IMG/VR virus record: IMGVR_UViG_3300036766_000591
Coordinates: 1-50,708 of that record
Direction: 5' to 3' (one strand)
DNA length: 50,708 nucleotides
Source: a virus
Taxonomy: Duplodnaviria; Caudoviricetes
The position numbers and the translations under genes are program-made. This document shows, piece by piece, positions 16,481 to 26,478 of this stretch. Numbering within the stretch: position 1 is the stretch's first letter; every line of letters begins with the position of its first letter. The notes under the pieces were generated by a model. The model had not been told where the DNA came from. It saw nothing but the letters and a program-made list of their open reading frames with translations, and searched no databases.

Positions 16481-18835
16481 TCATACCTTCAGCCCTTCCA
16501 GCACGAGGGCCAGCTTCCGCGCGTTGTCCTGCGCCTCGGCCCGGAGTGCGACAACCTCCTCCGTCAACTGCGTGAAGCCCGCCAGCAGTAGGGCGCTCTG
16601 CTGCTGCGACTCTAGGACGAGCGGATCGTCCAATGCCGTCTTGGGCGGCTTCCCGTCGAGCGGCGGGGGCGGCGGGAAGCCCGGGGGTGTGCCCCCGTCC
16701 TTGGGCGGCTTGAGGAACACGCTCGTGTTGTCCTGAATCGCGACGAGCGCATCCAACATCTGCTGCTGGATGCTGCGCTGGCCCTCGAAGATCTTGGCGA
16801 TGGCGTCCGTGTCGGCCAGGACGCGCGTGAAGTCCACGGCGTACCGGCCGCCGGAGGCGTTCACCGCCCGCGACGCCGCGAGGAACGCCTGCGCCACCTG
16901 CGGCAAGCGGCCCGCCGCCGTCTGGTCCCCGGTCTGCGCCTGCGCCAAGACGGCTTCGTACTGCCGCCGTGCCTCGGCGAGTTGCTGAATAGGCGAGAGC
17001 GTCGTGAGCGGCCCGGTGCGGAGCGAGGTCTGGAAGTCGCGCAGCGAATCAATCGTGGTCGTCAGGCCCGCGATGGTCGCCTTGATCTTGTCGGCCGCGA
17101 AGCGGATCGCCTCGGCGCGCTGCACTTCCACGAGTGTCGCCCGCTCCTGGGCGTCGGCACCCGCCAGCACGGCATCGGCATACTCGCGCTGCTGCTGGAG
17201 CGCGAAGGCCATCGCGTCGGCTTCGGCGTCATGGCCCTGGGCGCGGAGCATCCGCACGGCGAGGTCTTCGATGCGCTGCTGGCGCAGGATGGCCGCCTCT
17301 TCGCGCAAGTGTATGACGCGGATGGCTTCCAGAAACGCAATCTCGACAAGGCGGCGTTCGTATTCCGCCTGCGCGGCAGCGTTGGCCGCGCGGTTCGTAC
17401 CCTGAAAACCTGGACCGACGCCCGCGCGCACGGCAGCGGCCTCCGCACGCAACCGGGCCGCGTCGTCATGCGCTTGGCGGATAGCCGCCTGGAGGCCGGT
17501 ATCCGTTCCGGCCACGGCGCGGCGGAATGCATCGAGGTCATCGGTGAATTGCTTCAGCGCCTCAGCCTGGAGTCGCCGTGCCTCGCGAACGCGCGCCGCG
17601 CTACCGAACAGGTCACTGACGAATCCGCCGATAGCGTTCCCCACCAGCGCGAGCCCGCCCGCGACCGTGCTGAAGCCGACGAGCGACTGAAGCGCCGAGC
17701 CACCTATCGCGCCACCAATCCCGCTCCCGCCCGGCATGGTCCTGTCGCCTCCAGGAGCACCGCCACGCGATCCGCCCGTCGCGGCCTTGGCTGCCTCCTG
17801 CTCCGCGGCGATGAGCTTCATGGCCGCGACGACGTTCGCGTTCGCCTCCTCACGCCATAGCCGCAGCGCCTTCGCCTGGGCTTCGAGGGAGGCCGTCAGT
17901 TCCGCGTTCGCGCGGAGCTGGAGCGCGGCGGTCGCCGTGGCCGTGTTGCGAAGGCTGGCGTCGAACATCTCCAGCGCCCGACGGTGGGCTTCGATGCCCT
18001 CCTTCGCCTGCTCGTGGGCCGCAGCCGAAGCGTGCTGGGTTCGCGCCTCATGGCCCGCCGCCACGTCGAGCGCGTTGATCGCGGCGGTCAGTCGCGTGTT
18101 GTCTTCGGTCAGTCGAATGACATCCGCGGCATTAGCCAGCGCGCCGACGTTGGCGCCGACGCGGAATCGCGACGGGTCGGTGATGGAGACATCCGTGCGA
18201 GCCTGGGCTTGCGCCAATGCCGCACGATTCACCGCCAACTGTACCGCCAGGAGGGTCCGATTCTTGGCAAGCAACTTCTCGACTTCGTCGTTCGTATCCC
18301 CGATCGCCCCATTGAGGAGTTGCCAGGCGGCGGCAAAGGCCGCGAGGCCCGACAGGATGCCGACAAGCCAGGGATTCCCCAGCGCGAACACCTGAAGCCG
18401 GGCGGCGGCCATCGCGATGCCGCCAATGCCGCGCGAGGTCACCAGGGCCGCCGCCTCGGATGCGACCCCGAACGCCTCAAACCCCTGGGCGCCGCGGCGC
18501 GCATCCATCGTCACCGCGCGCAGGCCCCGGTTCACCTGGTTCCCCACCGCGGCCAGCCGCTCCTGTGTCTTGCTCGTCATCTCGGTTGTGGTCGCCAGCG
18601 AGGCCATGTCGGCCTTGAGGGTGCGGAGCCCGGCCGCGTATTCCACTTCCGTCATCCGGCCGATGCGGTAGGACTGGGTGAGTGTCGTCAGTCGGCTTTG
18701 GAGTGCGGTGACGGCGGCCGAGGCCGCCTCCATCTGCTGCGCGGTGCCCGTGACGGCGCGCTGCGCCCGTTGCATCTCGGTGTGAAATGCCGTGGTCTCC
18801 GCAGCAATCCTCACCATCAGCGTGGCAGCGATCAT
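16481..18835 (-). CDS. Tape measure protein
   Basis: 784 aa, Ala-rich and helical; N-terminus IAATLMVRIAAET..F; follows the tail chaperones. Confidence 0.88.
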   Translation of the reverse strand: MIAATLMVRIAAETTAFHTEMQRAQRAVTGTAQQMEAASAAVTALQSRLTTLTQSYRIGRMTEVEYAAGLRTLKADMASLATTTEMTSKTQERLAAVGNQVNRGLRAVTMDARRGAQGFEAFGVASEAAALVTSRGIGGIAMAAARLQVFALGNPWLVGILSGLAAFAAAWQLLNGAIGDTNDEVEKLLAKNRTLLAVQLAVNRAALAQAQARTDVSITDPSRFRVGANVGALANAADVIRLTEDNTRLTAAINALDVAAGHEARTQHASAAAHEQAKEGIEAHRRALEMFDASLRNTATATAALQLRANAELTASLEAQAKALRLWREEANANVVAAMKLIAAEQEAAKAATGGSRGGAPGGDRTMPGGSGIGGAIGGSALQSLVGFSTVAGGLALVGNAIGGFVSDLFGSAARVREARRLQAEALKQFTDDLDAFRRAVAGTDTGLQAAIRQAHDDAARLRAEAAAVRAGVGPGFQGTNRAANAAAQAEYERRLVEIAFLEAIRVIHLREEAAILRQQRIEDLAVRMLRAQGHDAEADAMAFALQQQREYADAVLAGADAQERATLVEVQRAEAIRFAADKIKATIAGLTTTIDSLRDFQTSLRTGPLTTLSPIQQLAEARRQYEAVLAQAQTGDQTAAGRLPQVAQAFLAASRAVNASGGRYAVDFTRVLADTDAIAKIFEGQRSIQQQMLDALVAIQDNTSVFLKPPKDGGTPPGFPPPPPLDGKPPKTALDDPLVLESQQQSALLLAGFTQLTEEVVALRAEAQDNARKLALVLEGLKV

Positions 18836-19460
18836 CGGGCCTCGTCTAGCTTGGCAACGGCGGAGTGGCGCGCGGCGCGGGCGCGATCCGCCTGGTCGTC
18901 GCGCTCGAGGTCCTTATGTTGGAGCCGGAAGTAGGCAGCCCACACGCCGAGGTCCCGTGCGTCTATCTCGCGCGCCAGCCGACGGAAATGCGGCTCCCCA
19001 CATTCGGCGCACACGCGCAGCAGGAGCAGGAGCGTCGGCTGCCCTAGGAGTTTTTTTCCTGCTCCTCCATCTCCTCGATGTCGCCCCGGCCAATGCGGTT
19101 CAACGCGCAGGCGGCCTCGAAGATCCGCTCCAGTGCCGCGGCCGATTTCCCGCCCAGCGCCAGCACGTCAACCTCCGAGAACAACGGGGCGCCGGTCGCG
19201 TCCACGCAGGCCCGGATCACCAGATTGACGCGGAAATTGACCTTGTCGTTCGGGTCAATCTGGATGACCCCGGAGCGGTCGCGGCGCCGAATCGTGTTCG
19301 ACCGCTCGTAGGCCATTTTCTCATCGGCCTTCAGCACCTTGACCAGCACGGCGCCGCCCCATTCGGGGACCTCCACGCGCTGGGTGATGAGGTCCTCGCG
19401 GGCGAAGATCGCCTCGCGCGTGAGCAGCGACGCCGACTCTTTCGCTTCGCCTGCCGCCAT
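18832..19460 (-). CDS. Tail assembly chaperones G (19044-19460) and G-T, made by a programmed -1 frameshift
   Basis: VEVPEWGG motif. The slippery GAA AAA AAC just before the G stop (~19050-19058) puts the -1 frame (KLLGQPTLLLLLRVCAECG...) into ORF 18832-19014. Confidence 0.85.
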
Positions 19461-19470
19461 GCGGCCCTCC

Positions 19471-19890
19471 TTATGGGGTGACGTCGCGCGTCAGGTCCGT
19501 CGTCGGCGACAGCGTCAGCGAGAACTTTGACGCCTCGCCGATGCGGCCCTGGATGGGCTGGTACTCCGCGACGAACGCGCTGAACTGGTACTCGGGATTC
19601 GAGGTCGAGATGGCGCTCGTCTTGTCGGGCCCCATCGTCACCGCGACGGCCGAGCGCGCGAGCCAGGCCGCGAAGATCGTGGCATCGACCTCGCCCGCGG
19701 CATAGTCTTGGTAGCCTGAGACCGTGCCGCCGAACTTGCGGAGGCCGGCCATGAAGGCCTCGAAGGTGTCGCCGCCCGCCACGTCGGAGACCGGCGTAGT
19801 GCTGACGCTCAGCCCCTCGTCAGTGACGTGGTCGGAGAGGTCCACAGAGTTGAAGACGAACCGCGGGTCGAGGAACACGGCGTGCGCCAT
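19471..19890 (-). CDS. Major tail tube protein
   Basis: Directly upstream of the chaperones; VDLSDHV, GL, QDYAAGEVDA, NPEY. Confidence 0.75.
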   Translation of the reverse strand: MAHAVFLDPRFVFNSVDLSDHVTDEGLSVSTTPVSDVAGGDTFEAFMAGLRKFGGTVSGYQDYAAGEVDATIFAAWLARSAVAVTMGPDKTSAISTSNPEYQFSAFVAEYQPIQGRIGEASKFSLTLSPTTDLTRDVTP

Positions 19891-19899
19891 ACGGCCTCC

Positions 19900-20616
19900 T
19901 TAGACGATGCCCGCCGCAGCGGCGAGCACATAGGGTCCGGCGCCGGTGATCGTGTAGACGATGCGCCACCAATCGTCGGTAATCGAGCCTGCCACGCTGA
20001 GTAGTTCCGAGCTTGTCGTGGTGGTCACGGTCGCGTGCGTGATGCGCGTGGTCGCGCTCGTGAACCCGGAATTGTCGTCCGATTGCACCGTCACGATGAG
20101 GCTGGTGCCCGGCGCGCCGAAAACGTGAATCACGGAATAGAGCGACTTGCCGGCCGTCACCGCGCCGAGCTGGAAGCCGGTGCCGTTGCCCGTAGCCGCG
20201 CGGCTCGCCTTGGTGTGCATCACCGCGCCGCGGACCAGGAGACCGGCCGACGCGCCGCCGAGCGTCCACTTCAGCGCCTCGCCCACTTGGCCGTTGCGCG
20301 CCAGTTCCGCCTGGAATCCGGTGCCGAAGTACGCCACCTCGCCATCGACGCCGGTGGGTTGCACCGAGACGGGCTCGGCGGTGCGGTTCCATTTCCCGTG
20401 CAGCACCTCGTCCGCGGCGTCATCCGCGTAGTTCAGGAGGCCTGCGGCGCCCATCGACCAGTGCCGAAGCCCAGGCAGCTCGCTGTGGTAGGTCTTGCCG
20501 AAGTAGTTGTCCTCGACGCCCTTGGTCCCGACCGCGAGGTCCACGCTGTTGGCGTCGCCCGAGAGGTCGAACGTGCCGAGGTAGATGCGGGCATCGGTGA
20601 TGACGGAATGACTCAT
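19900..20616 (-). CDS. Second tail-tube-like protein with a C-terminal extension
   Basis: The N-terminus aligns by eye with 19471-19890; extra C-terminal domain (VQSDDNSGF, WWRI). Confidence 0.6.
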   Translation of the reverse strand: MSHSVITDARIYLGTFDLSGDANSVDLAVGTKGVEDNYFGKTYHSELPGLRHWSMGAAGLLNYADDAADEVLHGKWNRTAEPVSVQPTGVDGEVAYFGTGFQAELARNGQVGEALKWTLGGASAGLLVRGAVMHTKASRAATGNGTGFQLGAVTAGKSLYSVIHVFGAPGTSLIVTVQSDDNSGFTSATTRITHATVTTTTSSELLSVAGSITDDWWRIVYTITGAGPYVLAAAAGIV

Positions 20617-20843
20617 GCCGCCGCCTCAGCGGGCTTCCCACTCACCAGCGTACGGCAGACCGTGCAGAGGTATTGGCCGGGGTCGCCGCCCACCGGGCAC
20701 GCCTTGCGCTTGGCTTCGGGATGCGCGCAGGCAGTATCGGTCGCCGGCGTGGGCGCGGCTGGCTCCTCAATGAGCGCCAGCGCGGCCTCGGCCTGCGCGA
20801 TGATGGCGAGGAGTTGCGCGCGCACGATCTCGGTGGTGGTCAT
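20613..20843 (-). CDS. Small Cys-rich hypothetical protein
   Basis: ATGA-coupled; CAHP...CTVC. Confidence 0.55.
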   Translation of the reverse strand: MTTTEIVRAQLLAIIAQAEAALALIEEPAAPTPATDTACAHPEAKRKACPVGGDPGQYLCTVCRTLVSGKPAEAAA

Positions 20844-21274
20844 CCTTCGCGCCACCAAAACCGCACGTCCACCTGTCGCGTGTAGAGGCCGCTCGTGTTC
20901 GCCGCGGCGTCGAAGAAATCCCGCTGGTCCAAGAAGAGCGTGGCGAGGATGACGACGTTCCCGGCGGTCGCGGCCACCGTGCCGTGGTAGAACTCCCACA
21001 GCGTCCGCAGCCCTTCGGCTACCGTCACCACTGTGGCGAAGGTCGGGCTCACGACGCCGAACTGCACCCGCGCCGGACTCAGCCCGGCGTTCCCGCCGCC
21101 CGCGTAGGTTCGCGCCTGCGAGATGAGCTGGTAGGTCGCCGCCGGGTAGGTGACGCGCTGCGGGAGCTGGACCGGATAGACGCGCGCGGCGTCGCCGGTC
21201 CCGCCCACCAACGCGGCGAACGTCGCGTCCGTCTCCATGTGGTAGCGGATGGCGTCCGACAGGTCGGCGGCCAC
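20840..21274 (-). CDS. Tail terminator (DUF3168-like)
   Basis: RVYP.QLPQ.VTYPA.TYQLIS, RVQ; gene position. Confidence 0.8.
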   Translation of the reverse strand: MAADLSDAIRYHMETDATFAALVGGTGDAARVYPVQLPQRVTYPAATYQLISQARTYAGGGNAGLSPARVQFGVVSPTFATVVTVAEGLRTLWEFYHGTVAATAGNVVILATLFLDQRDFFDAAANTSGLYTRQVDVRFWWREG

Positions 21275-21700
21275 TCACCGGGCTCTCGCCTCGAGCGCGC
21301 CGCGGATGGCGTCCGCGACCTCGGTCACGACGCGCTCCTCGTTCTCGTCCAAGGCCGGCCGGATGAAGGGGTGTGCGGGCTGCCCCGGGTGGAAGGCGTT
21401 GCCGCGCTTCCGTCCCAACTCGTGCGGCACCACCCCGAACTCCGGGAAGCGCCAGTACCAGGCGCCCACCACGCCGGCCGCGACCGATTCCCCGGGCTCG
21501 ACGTCGCGCTTCTGCGCGTGGATCGAGGCCGCCAGCGCCCCGGTGATGCGGGGCGCCCGCGCCGCCGCGTCGGCCGCCACGATCTCGGCCCCGCGCACGA
21601 GCCCGTCCTGCACCACGTCGCCGCGCACGTCTTCGTCCAGGCCCATCAGCAGCGCCTGGAGGTCGCCCACGCCCTCGACCGTGATGCCGATGGTGGGCAT
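21275..21700 (-). CDS. HK97 gp10-like tail completion protein
   Basis: AP..TG.L..SI, YWRFPEFG, PAHPFIRPALD. Confidence 0.88.
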   Translation of the reverse strand: MPTIGITVEGVGDLQALLMGLDEDVRGDVVQDGLVRGAEIVAADAAARAPRITGALAASIHAQKRDVEPGESVAAGVVGAWYWRFPEFGVVPHELGRKRGNAFHPGQPAHPFIRPALDENEERVVTEVADAIRGALEARAR

Positions 21701-22044
21701 CAGAGCGCCCGCTCGGTCACGACGAGTTCCATCTCCCGGCGCCGGCCGTCGGGATCAAGGGCGGAGCGAATGTCGAAGGTGCGGGTCACGCTCTCGATGA
21801 TCTCCTGCACGCGCATGCGCGGCGTGATGAGCGCGGTCGTGGGGTCGAAGCGCAGCACCAAGGCGTAGTCGGCGTCGGCATACCGCTGGCGCACCATCTC
21901 GCCTTCGCGGCCCTGGAGCGCGCGCCGCGCCGCGGACCGCTCGCAATACGTCGCCCAGCTTTCCGTGGGCTGGCCCTTGCCGTCGACGGCGGTCCCGGTG
22001 TCCTGCTGGATCGTCACCCGGTGGCGCAGCTCGCCGGCGCGCAT
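21700..22044 (-). CDS. Head closure (head-tail joining) protein
   Basis: MRAGELRHRVTIQ...ITPRMRV...FDI. Confidence 0.9.
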   Translation of the reverse strand: MRAGELRHRVTIQQDTGTAVDGKGQPTESWATYCERSAARRALQGREGEMVRQRYADADYALVLRFDPTTALITPRMRVQEIIESVTRTFDIRSALDPDGRRREMELVVTERAL

Positions 22045-23894
22045 TTACCGCTTCCGGGCTGGGGGCTTCGGGGCTTCGGGTTCCGTGGCTGGCTGGGATT
22101 CGACGACGGGCTCGGCGGACGCCCGCATCGCCACGTCAACCGCGGCGATCTCCGCGTCGAACGCGGTCAGGTCGGCGCCAGCCGCCGAGGCGACCATCCG
22201 CTGTTGCAGAAGGTCGTCCCGGCGGGCCTGGAGATCGTCGTTAGGAGCAGTCATCGGACTTACTCGACGGTGATCTGCTCTTCGAACCACGACGCGCCCT
22301 GCGTGAACGTCTGGCCCACAACCGATGCCACCGCGTGCAAGCAGAGCGAGGACTGCGGCGGAACGATCAACCGACCGTTGACTTCGGCGATCGCCACGCC
22401 CATCGGCGTAATCGCTGCGGTGACCGGGCGAGCCATGACCAGATTGGCCCACGGGAACCAGCCGGAATCGACCACCGTGGTTCCGGCGGCGGCAATGACC
22501 GACCCGCCGTAGGGTTTGCCGCTGCTGCCACGAACGGCGAACGAGCCGGAGGTGACGGCCGCTTTGCCGGCGGTAACGGCAGCCCACCCGCTGGCGGCCT
22601 CCGCTAGGGTGATGGATACCAGCTCGAACCAGAACAGCCGGTCGATGACCAACGACTTCCCGCCCAGCGAGTAGCCGTTGAAGATTTCAAAGGCCGCGGT
22701 GGTGGAGGGCCGAACGACCAGGGCCGCGACGGCCGACGTACTCATGGTGGCCCAGCTGATGCCGCGGCGCACGGCCTCGGTGTACGGGGCCATGCCGAAC
22801 GAGACCAGTTGGTCGCCGTTCTGGTTGAGCTGGATCTGGCCCTGCGCCGCGGTCGTCCCGTTGCGAATGGCGCCCATTACCTGGGCAGTCGTGTCAGCCA
22901 TGGGTTGGCTCCTGATTCAGAGTTGCGTTCACGCGGACACGGCCGCCGCGCCCTCATCGAGCGGCAGGTAGTACAGCGTCCACTTCGTGGCGCCGGTGTT
23001 GGTCGCCGACGTGTTGAAGCCGATGACGCCGATGGGAACGACCGCCGGGGTCGCCAGGAACGGTGCGTACCCGGCATTCGCGCCGACGAGCGCGGTGGCC
23101 GGGGTGCCCGTGATGCCGTAGAGGCAGCCGACTTCGTCCGCCGTGATGTCCAGCACGGCACAGAGATCGACGGCGGTGCCGGTGGTGGGCGTGGAGATCA
23201 GCTTGGCATTGCACGCCTGCGTCTGGATCAGTGTGGTGACCTGGCCCAGAATGCCCAACAGGAGGATCCTGCCGCCGGCGATGGTGAAGAGGTTCTGCGT
23301 GACGCTGGCCGGCAGCGTGGCTGACGCCTTGTCCACGCGGAACCCGATGACGAGCGACGCATAGACCTGCGGATCGACCTTCGTGGGATCAAGGAACGGC
23401 ATGTCGCGCTCCCGTTATGAGACGTAGTCGGCGGTGAGGCCGGCCACCGGGTACAGCGGCTCGGCTCGCATGAAGAGGCAGGCGCCCTCGTCGGTCGAGG
23501 TCACGAGGTTCACCAGGACGCCGACGTGGGTCGCCGTGGCCAAGACCTCGTGGATCTGTTCGACGTTGCACTCCAACACGACGAAGTCGCCGACGGCGTC
23601 CGGGTTGCTGCCGAGCGCGTGGGAGACCACGACGGTCGCGCCCGCGCCGGCCGCGGATGTCCCGGCCACGATCTGGAAGGTGGTGATACCGCCCGTGCCG
23701 ACCGTGGTCATGTAGAGCGCCGCGAAGCGCCGGAAGTTGGCGATCGGGAGGAACGGCGCCGTGGGCGTGCCGGCGGCGCCAGCGGCGGGCTCCGCGAGAT
23801 CGACGTAGGCGTCCGCGCCCGTGTCGGGGTCGTTCTCGCGCAGGCGGCACTCGCAACCCGCGAACAGGTGCTGGGCAGTCGTGGTAGCGGCCAT
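22045..23894 (-). CDS. Capsid-adjacent virion/decoration genes: 22045-22254, 22260-22901, 22929-23402, 23415-23894
   Basis: Three of the four are Ala/Gly/Thr-rich beta-type ORFs; all lie between the capsid and head closure genes, with RBSs or close coupling. Confidence 0.65.
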
Positions 23895-23906
23895 CGTCAG
23901 GTCTCC

Positions 23907-25325
23907 TTATGCCCGCGTCGCGAGCGTGATGAACGGCGACAGCGTCGCGCTGGACTGGTTCGGCGTGAGGGCCGTCCTCCACCACGGAGCGCCGGCGTTC
24001 CGCAGCCAGAACTTGAACGCGCGCTCGTGGTTGACGAACCGGACGTGCATGGACTCGGCCGACTGCAACGGCTGGTAGAGTCCTTCGAGGTACTGGCTGA
24101 AGTTGGCCAGGATGAGGTCGCCCACCGTGCCGAGCGCGGCGCAGAACTCGGTGTAGAAGATCGGCCGCCCGAGCAGCATGTCGGGGAACCCGACCCGCGC
24201 CGAGGGCGTGTAGATCAGCGCCCCGCCGGTGCCGACTGCGATGGCGAGCGTCATCAGTTGCGGCCTGGTGTCGTGGTTCGCCAGCCAGATCGCGTTGTCC
24301 AGCCCCCAGCAACGCGCGGCCATCTTGATCGCGTTCGTCGCGTTGATCGTCGCCGCGGCCTGGTTCGTCTCCTTGGTGATGCTGATGGTGCAGGCCGACG
24401 CGGAACTGGTGACGCCGACGAACTGGTCCCCGCCCAGGCCGCGGATCTTCTCGTTCAGCATGTGGGCCGGGAACTGGGTCTCGAACCCGCGCTGGACGAG
24501 CGCCACGACGGTGGCCGGCGAATCCGCCAGCAGCTCCTCGGTGGTGTAGTTGAAGCCGAACAGGCTCGCGGCTTTGAGGGTGATCATCTCCATCTGGCCA
24601 CGGCTCGCTGCCGCTGCCGCCGCTTCGGCGCGCCGGGCGACCGTGAAGCCGCCGGAGACGCTGGACGTGTGGGTCTTGTCGGTGCGCGCCTCGATCTCGA
24701 CGGCGGGCGTCTGCATGGGGATGGCCTGGGTCCGCCCGGCCGTGGGGTCGCCCTCGAAGCCGACCTGAAGCATCCCGGCCAGCCGCGTGGTCTGCATGGC
24801 GAACCCGCCGTAGCGGTCGTCGTACTCGCCCTGCTCGTCGGAGCCAACGGTGGCCTTCAGGCTCCGCGGCGTGTAGGCCAGGGGCAGCATGAAGGCCAGC
24901 TCGCCGCCGGCCGCCTTGTCGTCGCGGTCAAGGACGGCGAGGGACCGGAGCCGCTCATCGGATACGTCGGCCCGGTTGGTGAGGCCGCGGTTGGCCAGCA
25001 CGCCCGCGAGAAACTCTTTGGGCGAGCCGAACCCTCGGGCCTGGGCGTCGTCTTCCGACCGATGCTTCCCGACGGTCACGCGGGCCGCCGCGCTCGAAGC
25101 CGGCACCACCGCGGCCACCGTGCGCTCGGACTCCTGGAGCGCGCTGGCTTCGGTGATCGCCGTCGCGTACTGGCCCAGCGTCGCGTTCAGCGCCTCGTAC
25201 TGCTTGCGCTGCTCGGCGTTCAGGATGCCGGGGCTCTCGGTGTTCGCGTCGGCCGCCGTGTTGATGGCCTGCATGGCCGCCAGCGTCTCGGCGTGCTTCG
25301 CCTTCAGGCTTGCGATCCGGTTCAT
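23907..25325 (-). CDS. Major capsid protein (HK97 fold, N-terminal coiled-coil scaffold domain)
   Basis: GGF, ELLADS, LLGRPIF, GDLILANFSQY, SPFITL. Confidence 0.92.
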   Translation of the reverse strand: MNRIASLKAKHAETLAAMQAINTAADANTESPGILNAEQRKQYEALNATLGQYATAITEASALQESERTVAAVVPASSAAARVTVGKHRSEDDAQARGFGSPKEFLAGVLANRGLTNRADVSDERLRSLAVLDRDDKAAGGELAFMLPLAYTPRSLKATVGSDEQGEYDDRYGGFAMQTTRLAGMLQVGFEGDPTAGRTQAIPMQTPAVEIEARTDKTHTSSVSGGFTVARRAEAAAAAASRGQMEMITLKAASLFGFNYTTEELLADSPATVVALVQRGFETQFPAHMLNEKIRGLGGDQFVGVTSSASACTISITKETNQAAATINATNAIKMAARCWGLDNAIWLANHDTRPQLMTLAIAVGTGGALIYTPSARVGFPDMLLGRPIFYTEFCAALGTVGDLILANFSQYLEGLYQPLQSAESMHVRFVNHERAFKFWLRNAGAPWWRTALTPNQSSATLSPFITLATRA

Positions 25326-25568
25326 GTCCAGCTCCCGTTCGTGGGAGCGGATGAGGGCGGCGAGATGGCGCGAGGATCCGGGGTACGCAAAGACAACGCG
25401 GGCGGGGCTTCGCGCCGGAGCTGTGGCTCCGTTCGCTGCCTCCGTCCGCGTTCCGCGTGATCGGATGACCTAGTCGGTTTTTCTGCTGCCGCCTTCTGGT
25501 GGCCTCCGTCGGAGCGCGTTCCGCGTCACCGATCAGCGCCGCCCATCCGGCGACCTATTGCGACAGTA

Positions 25569-26471
25569 TTATGCCATCCTCGCCGCCTCGGCGTCAAGGG
25601 CCAACCTCCGGCGGTTCGCTTCCGCGCTCGGGCCCTTGCGCGCGTCGGCCCGCGCGGCGAGCCACGCCACGGCGTCATCGAACGTGCCCACCGCGTCGGC
25701 GAGGTTGGCCTTCACGGACTGCGCGGCGCCGAGCACCCGGCCCTCGCCGTAGCCCGCCCGGACGTTCTGCTGCGTGTCCCGGCGGAAGGCGGCCACGTCC
25801 TTCACGAACCAGCCGTAGACCTCCTGGACGCGCTCCTCGAGGGTCGCGAGATATTCCTCGGTCGGGGCGGCCCACGGCGCGCCTTCGAGCTTGTATTTCC
25901 CGGCCGAGACCGGCGTGATCTTCACCCCGTCCTGCTCCAGCGCGGCCGACCAGTCCTCGTGCGCCGTGTAGACGCCGATCGAGCCCGTCTCCCCGGAAGG
26001 CGCGACGAAGACGTGCCCGGTCGCTGCGCCCAGCCAGTAGGCGGCCGAGGCCATCAGGCCATTACTGAGGGCGGCCATCGGCTTCGCGCCGCGCGCCGAC
26101 GCGATCTCGCCGGCCAGTTCGGGGACACCCGAAACTGTCCCGCCGGGCGAGTCGACGTCGAAGAGGATGGCGTCCACGCTCCGACTCGCCAGCAGCGCCC
26201 GGAGCTGCGCGCCGATCCCCTCGGTCGAGGCTCCCATGCTCTGGGGGTGCTGCGCGATGATGCCGCGCACGGTGATGACGCCGATGCGGGGCGCCGCCTC
26301 GCTGGTGCTCACGCCGCCCCGCGCCGCGTGCAGTTCGGCGTGGATCTCGGCGCCGGTGAACGCCTCGCCGCCCAGCTTCCGGGCGAAAAGGTGGACGAGT
26401 TGCCGCCCGACCCGCGGGTCGATCAGCAAGGGCTCCGACAGTGCGCGCAGGAGGCGCGGGATCTGACTCAT
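25569..26471 (-). CDS. Prohead protease, S49 (SppA/ClpP-like) family
   Basis: FDVDSPGG, MASAAYWL, GSIGV, AGKYK. Confidence 0.92.
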   Translation of the reverse strand: MSQIPRLLRALSEPLLIDPRVGRQLVHLFARKLGGEAFTGAEIHAELHAARGGVSTSEAAPRIGVITVRGIIAQHPQSMGASTEGIGAQLRALLASRSVDAILFDVDSPGGTVSGVPELAGEIASARGAKPMAALSNGLMASAAYWLGAATGHVFVAPSGETGSIGVYTAHEDWSAALEQDGVKITPVSAGKYKLEGAPWAAPTEEYLATLEERVQEVYGWFVKDVAAFRRDTQQNVRAGYGEGRVLGAAQSVKANLADAVGTFDDAVAWLAARADARKGPSAEANRRRLALDAEAARMA

Positions 26472-26478
26472 GGTGTCC

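Noticed and set aside
12250-16487. 11-bp direct repeat AGGCTCATACC (12250-12260, 16477-16487) flanking both HNH cassettes and the large tail gene
   Set aside because: It is short, partly explained by ATGA overlaps, and would imply a mobile block containing an apparently essential tail gene. Treated as probable chance.
25326-25568. Structured ncRNA between the protease and capsid genes
   Set aside because: Only short GC hairpins; no recognisable RNA family by eye.
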